A DNA stretch of 64,000 nucleotides, taken from NCBI RefSeq assembly GCF_009914755.1, contig NC_060934.1; one strand, given 5' to 3'. Numbering within the stretch: position 1 is the stretch's first letter; every line of letters begins with the position of its first letter. The position numbers and the translations under genes are program-made. Positions 1-57,631 of this stretch are shown in pieces. Below the pieces are notes generated by a model, which was not told where the DNA came from, searched no databases, and saw only the letters and a program-made list of their open reading frames with translations. The DNA comes from the human T2T-CHM13v2.0 reference genome, Homo sapiens.

Positions 1-146
1 AACACAGACACCTGTGGCTAGGGAACGCTTGAAATGTGGCTAGTGCAACCGAGGAACTGAATTTTTAATTGTATTTAATTTATTTGAGTTTAAATACACT
101 TAAGTATCCACAGGTGGCTAGTGGCTACTGTATTGGACAATACGGT
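1..146. mobile_element. MER3-like hAT-Charlie DNA transposon remnant
   Basis: gtggctagtgcaaccgaggaactgaatttttaatt...gtggctagtggctactgtattggaca resembles the MER3 consensus. Confidence 0.7.
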
Positions 147-236
147 CTTAGCCTTTTCCCAGTTCTTATTTGGCTCATGGGAATTTCTAATTACTCCCTA
201 CTTTGCACAGAGTTCCCATAGCACAAGACTCCAAGC

Positions 237-941
237 AGAGGTGTGCTGGTGATGTTTAACAAGCAGCTCTCTGATGACGGTTGCCTGTCTTCCCTGGTGT
301 CAATCCTCCCTCCACACACAGCTTCCAGCTGGCAATGTGACATCACTGATCACGCGGTTGGGAAGAGATGCGCGGTAGCCACCGTCAAACGGTATTTCCA
401 CCATGCGGACACAATAGATGTAAACCACCCAGCGAACAAAGATAACAGTAAAAGGTAGCAAATAATTAGGAAGTGATCAGTTGTAAGTAATTCTTGCCTT
501 TGTTTTTAATATAATTTATTAAATTGTAAATTTAAATATTTTAATTTTTTTTTTTTTTTTTGAGACAGCGTCTCAATCTGTCACCCAGGCTGCAGTGCAG
601 TGGCATGGTCACAGCTCACTGCAATCTTGAACTGCTGGACTCAAGGGATTCTCCCACCTCGCCCTTACCAGTAGCTGGGACTACAGGTATGTGCCACCTC
701 GCCTAGCTAAGTTTAAAATGTTTTTGTAGAGACAAGGTCTCACTTTGTTGCCCAGGCTGGTCTCAAGCGAGCCTCTCACCTTAGTCTCCCGAAGTGCAGG
801 AATTACAGGCAGGAGCTACTGCTCCCAGCCTAAATACTTTAATTTTCCATAATGGCTATGCTTAAAAACCAGTTTGCAGAAGTCCCGAAAATTTAACCGC
901 TGGCTCTCACAAGCCACTGTGAGCCTTCTGTAGCACATCAC
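237..941. mobile_element. hAT-Charlie (Charlie4-like) remnant interrupted by an Alu
   Basis: ggtgtgctgg...tgtttaacaa start and gaaaatttaac...ggctctc...gagcc...agcacatcac end; subfamily assigned by eye. Confidence 0.55.
545..830 (-). mobile_element. Alu (AluJ-like)
   Basis: Poly-T then reverse Alu dimer. Confidence 0.9.
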
Positions 942-1769
942 GGGCTCCTGGTCATTGCCCGAAACAAACAAAAAATATTTCCCCAACCAAAACTCTCTGG
1001 CTGGGCTACAGTGATCTTTCGGTAATTCAAATGCAGCATTTCTGTTGCCACAAGAGGGCACCATGGGTTGATATCAGATTCTAGGAAGGCTTTTGGACAA
1101 ACTGACTAGAGGGGTCATTTCTAGATGTATGTTTGAGTCTCCCCAAAGATTGTAGTTCTGGGAGACCTTGTGGGAACTCACATAGGTTCACACAGTTATT
1201 TGTTTCACAACATAAACACTGAACCATTCCTACTTCCAAATAGCTTTGTCCTCTGGGCCCGAAGGCTTTTGATCTTCAAACTAACAAATGAAAAAAATCC
1301 TTGCAAGGTGTTAAGGCTTGTCAGGTGTTCAGCCTGAGGAAGGAGAGGATGCAAGTACTGAGTACACGTACAACATGTCAGCCACGTCACATCCTTCCCC
1401 TCCTGGAAGCCTAAAATGACACCTTAGGAGTCAGCTAACCCCTTAGAGAAACTGGTAGACTGCCGGGTATATGAATCATTCCTGCTACAATAACCCTAGG
1501 GGGCTTATCATTTGCACTGCAGTAATTTATACTTTTTAATTCCCATGAGGAAAATTAGGAGTATGTTATGGACCTGATGACCCATATAAGAAGGGAAGAG
1601 ATATTTTATTTTTCTCTCTGGCTGGGCTAAGGGCTTTGGTTTTGGGGGAGTGGATCTGTATTTTCTCAGGGTCTTACTGTGGAGTTTGTATCAGGGTTGG
1701 CCAGAGTGGATGCTGGCAGGGGTCAGGGAGGCCCTGGATAATCAAGAGAGAGACAGAGGGAGTTTCTAG

Positions 1770-2111
<342 letters not shown>

Positions 2112-2126
2112 TAATGCTGTTAGCCT

Positions 2127-2480
2127 AGTGCGGTGATCCTCAGAGTCTGCTCCCTGGAACGGCAGCGTCAGTATCACCTGGGAACCTGATAGAAATACAG
2201 ATTCCTGGACCTAAGCAAGACGACTGCGTCAGAAACTCCACAGGTGGGACCCAGCAATCTGTGCTTTAACAAGGCCTCCAGATGATTCTTTCAACAAATG
2301 TTTTTAAGTTGACACATAATAGTTATATATATTTATGAGGTATGTAGGGATGCTTTGATACCTACAAGGTACAGTGATCAGATCATGGTATTTAGCATAT
2401 CCATCATCTCAAACATTTATCGTTTCTTTATGTTCCTACAGATGATTCTGGTGCTAGTTCAAGTTTGAAAACCAATGGCC
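2127..2480. mobile_element. MER5A interrupted by a short L1 3' fragment (2290-2438)
   Basis: MER5A motifs (catcacctggga...agaaat.cagatt; cagcaatctgtg.tttaacaag); TSD cagatgattct at 2279-2289 and 2439-2449. Confidence 0.75.
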
Positions 2481-2756
2481 TGGTGTAGGGTTGTCAAACC
2501 TGGATGCATATGTATTAGATACATCTGAGGGGCTTTAAAACGTACGACTATCCCAGACATAAAAGGCCACGTGATTCCATTTACACGAAATGTCCAGAAT
2601 AGGCAAATCCATAGAGACGGAACATAGAGTGGTGGTTTCCCGGGGCTGGGGAGAATGGGGAACTTGGCAGTGTGGGGCTTCTCTTGGGAATGATGGAAGT
2701 ATTCTGGAATCAGTGGGGATGGCTGTACAACATTGCAAACATACTAAATACCACTT

Positions 2757-3160
2757 ACTGTGGTTTGAATACATCCCCCAGAGCTCAGGTGTTGGAAACT
2801 TAATCCCTAATCCAGCAATGTTGACAGGTGAGATCTTGAAGAGGTGATCAGGTCGCGAGGGCTCTGCCTCATGAATGGATTAATGTTGTTATTGCAGGAG
2901 TGGGTTTGTGATAAAAGCTGAGTTCAGCCCCTCCTGCTGTCTCTCACTCTCTTGCCCTTCTGCCTTCTGCCACAGGATGACGTAGCACAAACGCCCTTGA
3001 TACATGGGGGCCCCTCGACCTCAGACTTCCCAGCCTCCAGAATGGTAAGAAATCTCTGTTCTTTATAAGTTATAAATCTCTGTTCTTTATAAATCTCTGT
3101 TCTTTATAAGTTACCCAGTCTCAGGCATTCTGTTACAGTAGCACAAAATGGGCTAAGACA
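2757..3160. mobile_element. MST-type MaLR solo LTR inside an old L1 3' fragment (about 2560-3215)
   Basis: tgtggtttgaat...gctaagaca ends and MST internal motifs; ccact on both flanks; internal triplication of aaatctctgttctttat (3050-3110). Confidence 0.8.
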
Positions 3161-3284
3161 CCACTGAACTGTACATTTTATGATGGTTAAATGATGAATT
3201 TTATCTCAATTAAAAATACGTACTGATGTCTTGGGCTCACCCCCAGACATTCTGACTGGAGCCCAATCATTGATATCTTTTACC

Positions 3285-3586
<302 letters not shown>

Positions 3587-3766
3587 ATCTTTTAACTTTT
3601 TAAATTATTATGCTGTTTTGGCTGAACAACCTACATAAGCTACAAAAATATTTCCTATTGCAACAAATTTGTTCTTCTATTGTTGCAAATGAAGATTCCC
3701 CCCAAATTCAAAGTGGGTCACAATGGTTTTGGTGACAGGATTTCCCTCTTGTAAACCTCTCTTAAA

Positions 3767-3906
3767 AGATGTCACAGCTATGAATAACACTGAGCCACAG
3801 GAGAAGCACAGCCCTTTGGACTGCCTTCCTTTTCCTGTGGAATTTACTCATATCTTGCCACTCACTGGTATTTTAGAAGACTGTCTCCTGGATGTTCTAA
3901 GATGCA
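3767..3906 (-). ncRNA. SNORA14 (ACA14)-family H/ACA snoRNA copy in intron 7, possibly a pseudogene
   Basis: Minus strand reads ...CAAGATATGAGTAAATTCC-ACAGGA-AAAGGAAGGCAGTCCAAAGGGCTGTGCTTCTCCTGTGGCTCAGTGTTATTCATAGCTGTG-ACA-TCT, resembling the 3' two-thirds of SNORA14A/B as I recall them. H box (ANANNA) at 3838-3833; ACA box 3 nt from the end. Confidence 0.8.
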
Positions 3907-4250
3907 TGCAGGGTTGAAAATCTGAGTTAATGCAAAAAGACCACACATGGTTTACATTCCTGGTCAAGGGGATGCCGGTGTGAGCTTCTGTGGACGGGAG
4001 GGTGGGGAGCACAGGATAGGCAAAGCTCAGCATAGATGCTGCCCTGGGTCCTCTATAGGTAGGGGCTGGGTGGGAAAATCATGGGCTCTAGATTCATGTT
4101 GCAGTGCTGGCCTCTGCTGTGCCATCTTCTCCAAGCTGTTGCATCTCTCTAGGCCACAGCTATTCCAAAGGTTTCTGAGAAGGTAGATTTCAATAATGTT
4201 TATAAAACAAGCATCAAGCCTGGTGTATAGTGGGTGCTCAATGAATGTGA

Positions 4251-4595
<345 letters not shown>

Positions 4596-4771
4596 GGTGC
4601 TTTAATTCTTTTTAACTGACTCTTTCCGAGGCATGGATTGGCCTCTCCCTTTGACACTCCCTGAACTGCAGGTGATTAGAGAGAGCATGGAGGGGGTAGG
4701 GGGGAGGCAGGGTGGGGCTGGGTACAGGACTTTGATCTGACCAAGGGCTGCCTTGGTGATGCCACACTTAC

Positions 4772-48344
<43,573 letters not shown>

Positions 48345-48566
48345 CTTCCTGACCCTTGGGACCAGCCGGGGCAGTGAAGCGGAGGTCTTTCTCTGCAGAA
48401 GGCCCAGTTGCCGTCAGCCTCTTTTTGGCATCGCGCCGGAGGATGTGGGATGGGAAGATCGGTCCGCCTGGGCTGTCACCCTTGTGGGTCCATCCAGTCT
48501 CTATCGGAGTCAGGAGTTGCTCTCTTTAAGTATTGGGCTGGCGTGTTCAGCCAGGAAACTGCCTAG

Positions 48567-48640
48567 CACTCTCTTCTCTCATCTCAAATATAGGAAGTGT
48601 TTTTTTTTTTTTTTTTTTTTGATGACAATATAGTTTGCGG
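48567..48640 (-). promoter_or_regulatory. PRRII: Ets (Elf-1) site and A/T tract (HMG-I/Y)
   Basis: AGGAAGT at 48592-48598 abutting a T21 tract (48600-48620). Confidence 0.8.
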
Positions 48641-48747
48641 TAATTTTTCAAACCAGGTTTTTTTTTTCAAGTTCAATTGCTGGAGGTGTGGGCTGGGGTT
48701 GATGAGAAGGATTGAACTTCATTTATGAATCCTTTCTTCAGCTACGC

Positions 48748-48772
48748 CCATAAAAGGAGAGGGAGATTCCCC
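48748..48772 (-). promoter_or_regulatory. PRRI core: NF-kB site plus CArG/SRF box
   Basis: GGGGAATCTCCC (48772-48761) next to CCTTTTATGG (48757-48748), about 250-270 bp upstream of the TSS; the known IL2RA promoter arrangement. Confidence 0.92.
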
Positions 48773-49377
48773 TGCCGTTGAAGGTAGGGTGAGCAAGCAC
48801 TTCTTGGCAGTGGTCTCACCCAGCACTTCATAAGCTGAGTCCTCCCCTCAGGGCTGTAACGTCCTCAGGAGTCAGCCGGGACCACCTGGGATGAAGGAGC
48901 AAAGTCCTGACAAGATTCTGGTCAGGCAGCCTCCAATATTCAAATAATGGAGAAGGATGCGGCGAACTGAAGGATCCTGAGAATTCATAAATAATTCCCC
49001 AAGGCTTATAACCTGTACTAGCCATCATCATTTCACCACAGTGCCCTGGGCTCCTGAAAGTGCATTGTCATTTTATAAGGTGTTTTGCTTCCAGATTTCT
49101 TTCTCTTAAAGGATCATGCAAAAAGTGGGCTTTGGTTTTAAACTTTGGATTATTTTGTAAAATTCAGTCTTGCTTATTTATTGATCAGAGCTCTCTTCTG
49201 ATTATTATGAAATGGTTGAGTGTGTTTTGCTCCCTGGAAATTTGTCTAAGACTTAAAGCCATTGCATAGTTAGAGCAAAACACAATTTTTTAAATACTAG
49301 AAAGCAAGCAAAGATATTAACAAAAAGAAAACCCTCCGGGCAAGCCAAGGAATTCAGGGTTCCAAAACATCACGTTG

Positions 49378-49802
49378 ACTGGGCCTGGTGGCTCATGCCT
49401 GTAATCCGAGCACTTTGGTAGACCAAGGTGGGTGGATCACCTGAGGTCAGGAGTTTGAGACCAGCCTGGATGACATGGTGAAACCACCGTCTCTACTAAA
49501 AAAAAAAAAAATTAGCCAGGCGCAGTGGCACACGCCTGTAATTCCAGCACTTTGGGAGGCTGAGGCAGGCAGATCACCTGAGGTCGGGAGTTTGAGACCA
49601 GTCTGGCCAACATGGTAAAACCCCATTTCTACTAAAAATACAAAAATTAGCCAGGCGTAGTGGCGGGCGCCTGTAATCCCAGTTACTCAGGAGGCTGAGA
49701 CAAGAGAATAGCTGGAACCGAGGAGGTGCAGGCTGCAGTGAGCTGAGATTGCGCCACTGCACTCCAGCCTGGGCGACAGAGTGAGACTTCCATCTCAAAA
49801 AA
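49378..49802 (+). mobile_element. Alu left arm followed by a full Alu
   Basis: Three Alu arms in tandem. Confidence 0.9.
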
Positions 49803-50046
49803 CTTGTCAAAATATGACAAGATTCTCTTAAATTCCACAGCAGGTATAACTTCCTCTCTAGGAACGTTTCTCACTCTGCGGGCAAGTGCTCCAGTAGAAA
49901 CTCCTAGTACTCCCACCAAAGTCACGCTCCTTTCTTCTTGGGCATGGGAGTAGAATGCACTTGCTGCCTCTCCTGGAAAATAGCTTATGCTTTAAGTAGT
50001 TAATGTGGATTGTCATTATAAAATATTTAAATTTATGTTAATGTAT

Positions 50047-50368
<322 letters not shown>

Positions 50369-50779
50369 TAAGAGGCCCAACTCTTGGTTCTGAGATGGAC
50401 CATGGTTAAACAAGTCATTGAACTGGCTTTTCTGGTTCACCTTACGGATGAACGCTCTGTCGTCGTTTGCTGACGCTGAGGTTTCCAGTTGATGCTGCAT
50501 GGCACGATGCAGGGATGTGAGAAGAAGTTGGGGGTGCAAAAGCAGACCCATTTTGTCACGGATTGCCCAGGATCTCATACTGAAGCTGTAGCAAAGCTTT
50601 TGCCCTTAATGAGTTTACAGGTGAAATGGAAAGACACTTGAGTGTCCCTTCCTCCAGGAGGCCTTTTCCAGTCCTTTCTACTCCATCATAACACCTGCCG
50701 TGCTGCATTGCAATTCACTGTTTATATCTCTTTCTTTCTTCTAGTTGCTGTTAATCTTTCTTGGATTAAAAACTCTTTT

Positions 50780-51342
50780 TTGTTTTTAATTTAAGTTCCA
50801 GGATACATGTGTAGAACGTGCAGGTTGGTTACATAGGTATAAGTGTGCCATGGTGGTCTGCTGCACCTACTCACCTGTCTTCTAAGTTCCCTCCCCTCAC
50901 ACCCCACCCCCCACCCTGCAGCAGGCCCTGGCGTGTGATGTTCCCCTCCCTATGTCTATGTGCTGTCATTGTTCAACTCCCACTTATGAGTGAGAACATG
51001 CGGCATTTGGTTTTCTGTTCCTGTGTTAGTTTGCTGAGGATAATGGCTTCCAGCTTCATCCATGTCCCTGCCAAGGACATGATCTCATTCCTTTTCATGG
51101 CTGCATAGTATTCCATGGTGTATATGTATCACATTTTCTTTATCTAGTCTCATTGATGGGCATTTCAGTTGGTTCCATTTTGCTATTGTAAATAGTGCTG
51201 CAATAAACATACGGTTGCATGTGACTTTATAGTAGAATGATTTCTATTCCTTTGGGTATATACCCAGTAATAGGATTGCTGGGTCAAATGGTATTTCTGA
51301 TTTTAGATGCTTGAGGAATCGCCATACTGTCTTCCACAATGG
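50780..51342 (-). mobile_element. 5'-truncated L1PA element with TSD
   Basis: L1PA 3' UTR/ORF2 end (cccacttatgagtgagaacatgcgg...); TSD taaaaactctttt at 50767-50779 and 51343-51355. Confidence 0.92.
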
Positions 51343-51456
51343 TAAAAACTCTTTTCTTAATTTGATAGAACCTTTGGTTTCCCTCCTTGGAAAAAATGCA
51401 CATCAGCACATACTCTGGATAAATCCGTAGGAAGTTTCAGGAGCATTATGGGCAGT

Positions 51457-51751
51457 TTGTTTTGTTTTGCTCTGTTTTGTTTGAGATGGGGTTTCTGGAG
51501 TGCAGTGTTGCCATCTCAACTCACTGCAGCCTCTACCTCCTTGACTCAAGTGATCCTCCCACTTCAGCCTCTCAAGTAACTGGGACCACAGGCATGCACC
51601 ACCAGGCCTGGCTAATTTTTTTTGTAATTTTTGTAGAGATGGGGTTTTGTCATGTTGCCCAGGCTGGTCTCAGACTCCTGGACTCAAGCGATCCTCCCAC
51701 CTCAGCCCTGCAGAGTACTGGGATTACAAGTGTGAGCCACCACACCCAGCG
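51457..51751 (-). mobile_element. Alu (AluJ-like)
   Basis: Reverse Alu dimer. Confidence 0.88.
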
Positions 51752-52204
51752 GTTGTGGGCACTCTGAACTTCAAAGGTCCAAGGATCTCAGGTTAAGGTG
51801 TCAAACTGTGGGCCTCTAGAGGATAGCCCTATGTCCAGTTTATCTGTGAACTTACGTCACCTAACAAAGTGCATAACACATATGGGTGTCCAACCACTAT
51901 GTATGAAGCCACATGTGCATACAAATATAACTAGCATATACTAAAGCAGTTTCAGACAAATTCTTTGTGAGGCAAATTCAAAGTTTTGTTTCAAACCTGC
52001 TGCAAGGAGGTAATTTCCAATAAGTCCGGTTCAAAGATTTCTTTCCTAGTAGAGGGTTTTTTTTTTTTTTTTTTTTTTTGAGGAAAGTTATCTAGATAAC
52101 ATTGATAGATTAAGTTCAAGAAAGGAACAAGTTCAAGAAAGGAACATTTGGTTAAAAGTAACTAGGTTCATCCAGGGACAGCCGGTCAACAGTGCAAGCT
52201 GAGT

Positions 52205-52283
52205 CTCACTTCATCAGGAAATTGCTCAATTCTATTATCAGAAATGTTTGGTACTTCCTAGAAGAAACTGCTCAGAACAGCGG
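52205..52283 (-). promoter_or_regulatory. PRRIII IL-2 response element (tandem STAT5 tetramer site, GATA, Ets)
   Basis: Consensus GAS TTCTAGGAA (52263-52255) and non-consensus TTCTGATAA (52243-52235) separated by 11 bp; Ets AGGAA at 52216-52220; about -3.75 kb. Confidence 0.92.
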
Positions 52284-53248
52284 ACAACAAATTTCTGACC
52301 TAGACTGCCTTCCCTTAGGTTTAAGACCACTTTCTTTCTAGACGTACAGTGGGGTGAATACTAATGATTATGGTAAGAAGAGCAATTGAAATGTAGGAGG
52401 GAAAAGTTGTTGAGCTGATGTGATCAGGAAAGGCCCACGTATTGTCCTTGAAGGATGGATACGGCCTTGGTAGGTGGTTCCTGAGGAAGCAGAGTGTGGT
52501 CCATAGTTAACCAGAAGTAGAGAGGGGTAGAAGCTAAGGGCAGAAATGTCAGCTGGATTCAGAGTCAGGTGGACCTCGAAAAACAGAATAAGATCTATGG
52601 ACTTCAGCCACTGAAGCTGTCTAACCCAGGCGGGACATAGCCAAGTAATGTGATGATGAGGCCGAGCTGGTGTGGTGTGCAGGGAAGATTGAGGCATAGA
52701 GATGCTGAAATACTCTTCAGGAAGGAAATCATAAGGACTGGAGGAAGGTGAAATAAATTGGAATGGCAAGGAGGCTTGATGCCAGAATATCAGGCAAAGG
52801 GAAAATGCAGTTGGTAATGCCTGGATGTGGGGCAAGAAGCGGGGAACAGAATTTGTGAGCTTTGGCGAGGAGAAAATTCACTGATTTGAGCTCATCAAAT
52901 GGATTGGCGAAATTCAAGTGTGTGAGGCTGAGGTTAGGGGATGGCAGAGAGGCAGTAGCATTTGTGAACAGGAGTTAGTTGTTCACTTGGGTTGTTCTCT
53001 TGTTCCTACAATGTTGGACAGTCCTTGAAGACAGCATTTATTATCCAGACAACTCTAAAGCTTGACTTGCCACCCCCCTAGCCCCAACCACAAGAACGAG
53101 TTTTCAGCTTGCAACAAAAATCATTTCTGTTTATTAGAGTCTAGATTGGGGAGCAGGGGCAAAGAGTAGAGGAAAAAAGGGGAGAGGTGGTGAGGAATCA
53201 ATCACCTTTCATTTTCCTTTACTTACCCTTGGGGCTTGTTAACGGTCA

Positions 53249-53565
<317 letters not shown>

Positions 53566-54334
53566 TGCCTGTAGAACCAAGTGGCACAGATGCCCGTATG
53601 AAATGAATAACCATGAATAATTGAATGCAGAAAAAAAAAGGAAGGAGGAAGGATGGGATAAGGAAGAAGGTAGGAGAGAAGTGAACGCAGAGGGAAATGG
53701 TGAGCCCCACTTGGTGATGGGCACCATAGCTTGCTCACTTTGACTGTTGAGGACGTGTCACTCTGGAGACTACAGGCTGCCAAGAGGACCTCTGTGCTGA
53801 ATCCCGTAAGGACTGTTTTCAGGGATTAAAACACTGGTGCTCTGAGGCTCACTTGGTGTGGTGGTATAACATGCAAATGAGAGGTGCCCAGGGCAAGAAA
53901 ACTTGCTCTATAGAATAAAAGAAATGCTGGCCGATTAGGGAGAAGTCATGCTGAGGAGAGTGGCAGAGAAAGGACCCAGAGTGGGAAGAGCAGGGCAGCT
54001 CTGGAGAAATAATAAAGAGCTTGGAAGAAAATTTTAAAATCATTTGAAGATAAGAGTTTGCAATATGCTTTGCAATGTTAACTCTTCTCCCCAACAGCCC
54101 ACAAAAATCTTGAGTAAAATTCCCATTTTGTCTTCATGCATTTTGGAGTTGAACGAGCTTTGAGGACATTTGAAACATGGAGCATGACTTCCTCTGTGAG
54201 CCAGGACTAGTGGGAAGCCTGTTTAGTCCACGAATAATGGGGTTTCTCCCATTTTCCTCCTGTTGCTGTCCTCTTGACTGGTTCATTGTTTACCAGCATA
54301 TCTGCCAGGGGAGCACAAGGAAAGGAAAAGGTGA

Positions 54335-54510
54335 AGCTGAGCGTGGTGGCGCATGCCTATAGTCCCAGCTACTCAGGAGGCCAAGACGTTGAGGTTCGCT
54401 TGACCCCAGGAGGTCAAGGCTGCAATGAGCTATGATTGCACCACTGCACTCCAGCCAGGGCCACAGAGCAAGACCTCGCCTCTAAAAAAAAAAAAAAAAA
54501 AAAAGAAAAA
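54335..54510 (+). mobile_element. Alu right-arm monomer (FRAM-like)
   Basis: Single arm plus poly-A; aaggaaaag.tgaa on both flanks. Confidence 0.85.
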
Positions 54511-56065
54511 GGAGGGAGTGGGGGAAAGGAAAAGCTGAAACCCAGATCAAAGAATTTCACCTCTGTCACATAATCCATCAATAAACGTTGACTGCAATTA
54601 ATCAAAGAATTATGCTAGAACCTGTGAGGAGAGCCAAGAAGCTAAAACATAGCCCTGCACTGAGGACGCTCACAGTCTCCTCAAAGAGGAAAAGAAATGG
54701 GCCCTCAAAAGGGGAAGTGACCGCTCACGTCTGCAGGGATCCGTTCAGCAATCAGGCCTGCCCTGCACTATACGCTGGCACCACATGAAAGCAGCCTCAC
54801 TCTCTCATCTTAGACTTTCTTTTCTCTAGAGGAGTGATGTGCTGAGCTGTGGTCTCAGAGCCAAAATCCGAACAGGAGATAACCCTTTGCTTTCTGGGAG
54901 CGTGGCAGTGGAAGGACCGAAGCGGTTGCAGAGAGCCTGCTGTTTATGTACTGGATGTTCTTGTTAGGCTTAGTAGGAGGTCATTTTCCCAGGCCTGTGG
55001 TGTCCCCCAGGATTTTCTCTCCTTTATCTTGTACACATGGACCTGAAATGTCCACATGAGGTCCCACAAATTACATTTTACTTAGCTCATGCACTCTTGG
55101 GTGCACCCTTTAGTATAATTCAATTCAGTGCATATCAACGTAGGATCCAGGAATGGGGAGCTCTGCCCAGGCTCTGGGAGAAGCAAAAACAAACAAAGAA
55201 GGGTTTTTGCTCCCCAAGAGCCAGTGATCCACCTGTGGGAATTTGGATTGGAAGCAGAAAGCCCCCAGTTAATTGCAAGCACATCTGTCAAAGTGATAAT
55301 CCCATCAAAAGCAAATGAACCATTGCAGGATAGCCTGGAGCACGAGGGCCTTCCATCTTTGCTTGTTAAGTGGATGGCGGTTGGATAGATGTTGCTGAGA
55401 TCGGTGCCTCCCATGGCCGAGAGGCAGGCAAGACACTTCAGATTCTGCCCCAGTTGGCACTATGCAAACAGGGTTATTTCTCTCAAACTGGTATTGAAAG
55501 AATGCTGCTGCTAATTCTACGAAATCTACAGGTGCATCCTGTTATTGCGGCACTGAGTTGAATTTCTGCAGTTTGTAATTTCCACCAGATTCTACTAGAC
55601 AAGGGCACAGGGGTCCCGTGGAAAACCAAAATCCACTATGAATCAAATAACCCAACTCTACTCAAATGTCTAGTTCCCAAGCCACTGTTGACTTGTGGGT
55701 TGTGCCACCCAGAAAACACTGGGAGAGAACAGTTGGTTTGTATGAATCATGAACTGAGTCCTCCGTCCCTAACAATTGAAAACTGACTTTGTTAACATTT
55801 TGTGGCTTGTGGTGACCAGTGCTGTTGGGTCCCACAGATGTTGTCAGAGGGTCCTCTTTCCATTTGAGTGGAGGACGTGTTTCCTGGGGGGATAGCAGCA
55901 AAGCTCCCTGGCCACTTCTGTCATGATTTTAGTTCAGGGATGGATAATAGAGTTTATCTCTCAAGCCAGCACTGATGAGTTACCAATGGCGGCCCAGGAC
56001 AAGGATTCCAAACCCCCTTTGGAGCTCAGTGGTCTGTGGTCTTTGCAGGGAGGTGAAGGCATGCT

Positions 56066-56168
56066 TGTGTCACATTTTGTCTAGACGTCTGTACAGCTTT
56101 TCAGCTGGCTTCCCTCACTCAAATGTGTCTCTCCACTCCACCATTCTTACCCATTGCTTCCAGTTTAA
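56066..56168. promoter_or_regulatory. Probable PRRV (TGF-beta/Smad plus CRE/AP-1-like element)
   Basis: Perfect Smad palindrome GTCTAGAC (56079-56086) overlapping GACGTC, TGTGTCA adjacent; about -7.6 kb, matching the recalled PRRV position. Confidence 0.65.
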
Positions 56169-56170
56169 TC

Positions 56171-56458
<288 letters not shown>

Positions 56459-56989
56459 CCAATTTAATCTTCTGGAAGAATACTTTTCCCTTATCTACAA
56501 CGTAACATTTTAGGAGTGTCCATAATGTCTTTGAAATTAAGCCCACATTTCTTAGCCCGGTATTCAAAATCCTTCATAACCTGCCCTGGCCTATCTCTTC
56601 AGTATTAATTCTTCGCTATCCTTCATGCTGTCTTTGCCACAAAAATGTTCCCAAGCAGACCAGAGAACAAAATAAAAATCATCAACTGCTCACTGTTCCT
56701 GCAACACCGCCTCCTCTTTTCTTGGTTTCCTCTGTTAAATCCATAAGCCCAAAGCTCACTCACTCCTTAACACCCAGCTCCAGTGCTACCCTGCTGAAGG
56801 AAGTCTCACCGCATTCCTCCCTCTGGAAGTGCTCCCCCTCCTCTGGGCTGTTCCCTTATCTGCATCTTAGGAATATTGAAAGGAATCACTAGCACTGACT
56901 AGGCCCTTACTACATGGCAAGCACTGTGCTGAGAATGTTGCATGTCTCTGCCGCTGACTTCTCACAGCAATCTGGCGGGGCCGGCATGC

Positions 56990-57195
56990 CATCACTATTT
57001 CCATGTTACAAGTGCAGGCATTGCATCTCATTGTGGTTGTGAAACACCCACACTCACATAATTCGTCAGGAGTGGTGTCATGTCTAGGTCCCAGGTCTGT
57101 CTAACCCTTACACATGCCACAAGCCCATCACTCTCAGGGCATTTACCAATTGAAAACTGCCTTGTAGCTCTCTGGAGACACGGCTGATCATTCCA
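56990..57195. promoter_or_regulatory. Possible CD28-responsive enhancer (CD28rE/PRRVI)
   Basis: About -8.5 kb (recalled position); CRE half-site TGACG (57068-57064, minus) and RUNX TGTGGTT near 57032. Assignment is mostly positional. Confidence 0.4.
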
Positions 57196-57631
57196 ATGAG
57201 GCTCTATGCATCTTTAGAGAGAGGATATGCCTCTAGGTCGCCTTCTTATTCCTAGTGCTGAGTTCAGTACTTAGCATGGAATTAATGCTCAGTCGTTAAG
57301 CATTGAATGAATGACTGTATGCAGAACCTTTTTAGAGCTCTGGATTTGGGAAACACAGTTAATAAGGCATCAGCCTTCACTGTATTTCATCAGGCTTTTA
57401 CTTTGTGGAATTGGGTTTGAGAAAAAAAAAATCACTCAGTTGTGGCCCAAGTCTAGAGTCCACAATTATGCAATATGTTATGAAGGGTTTGATGGAAACC
57501 TTCAAGTGTCCGTAGGGAGAATGGTCAGTACATTCAACCATGAATTCAAGGACTAGTATGTGATCGGCCTGCTGATGTAAATTCCTCCTCCTCCTCCCTC
57601 CTCCTTCCTCTTCCTCCACTTCCTCCTTCTT

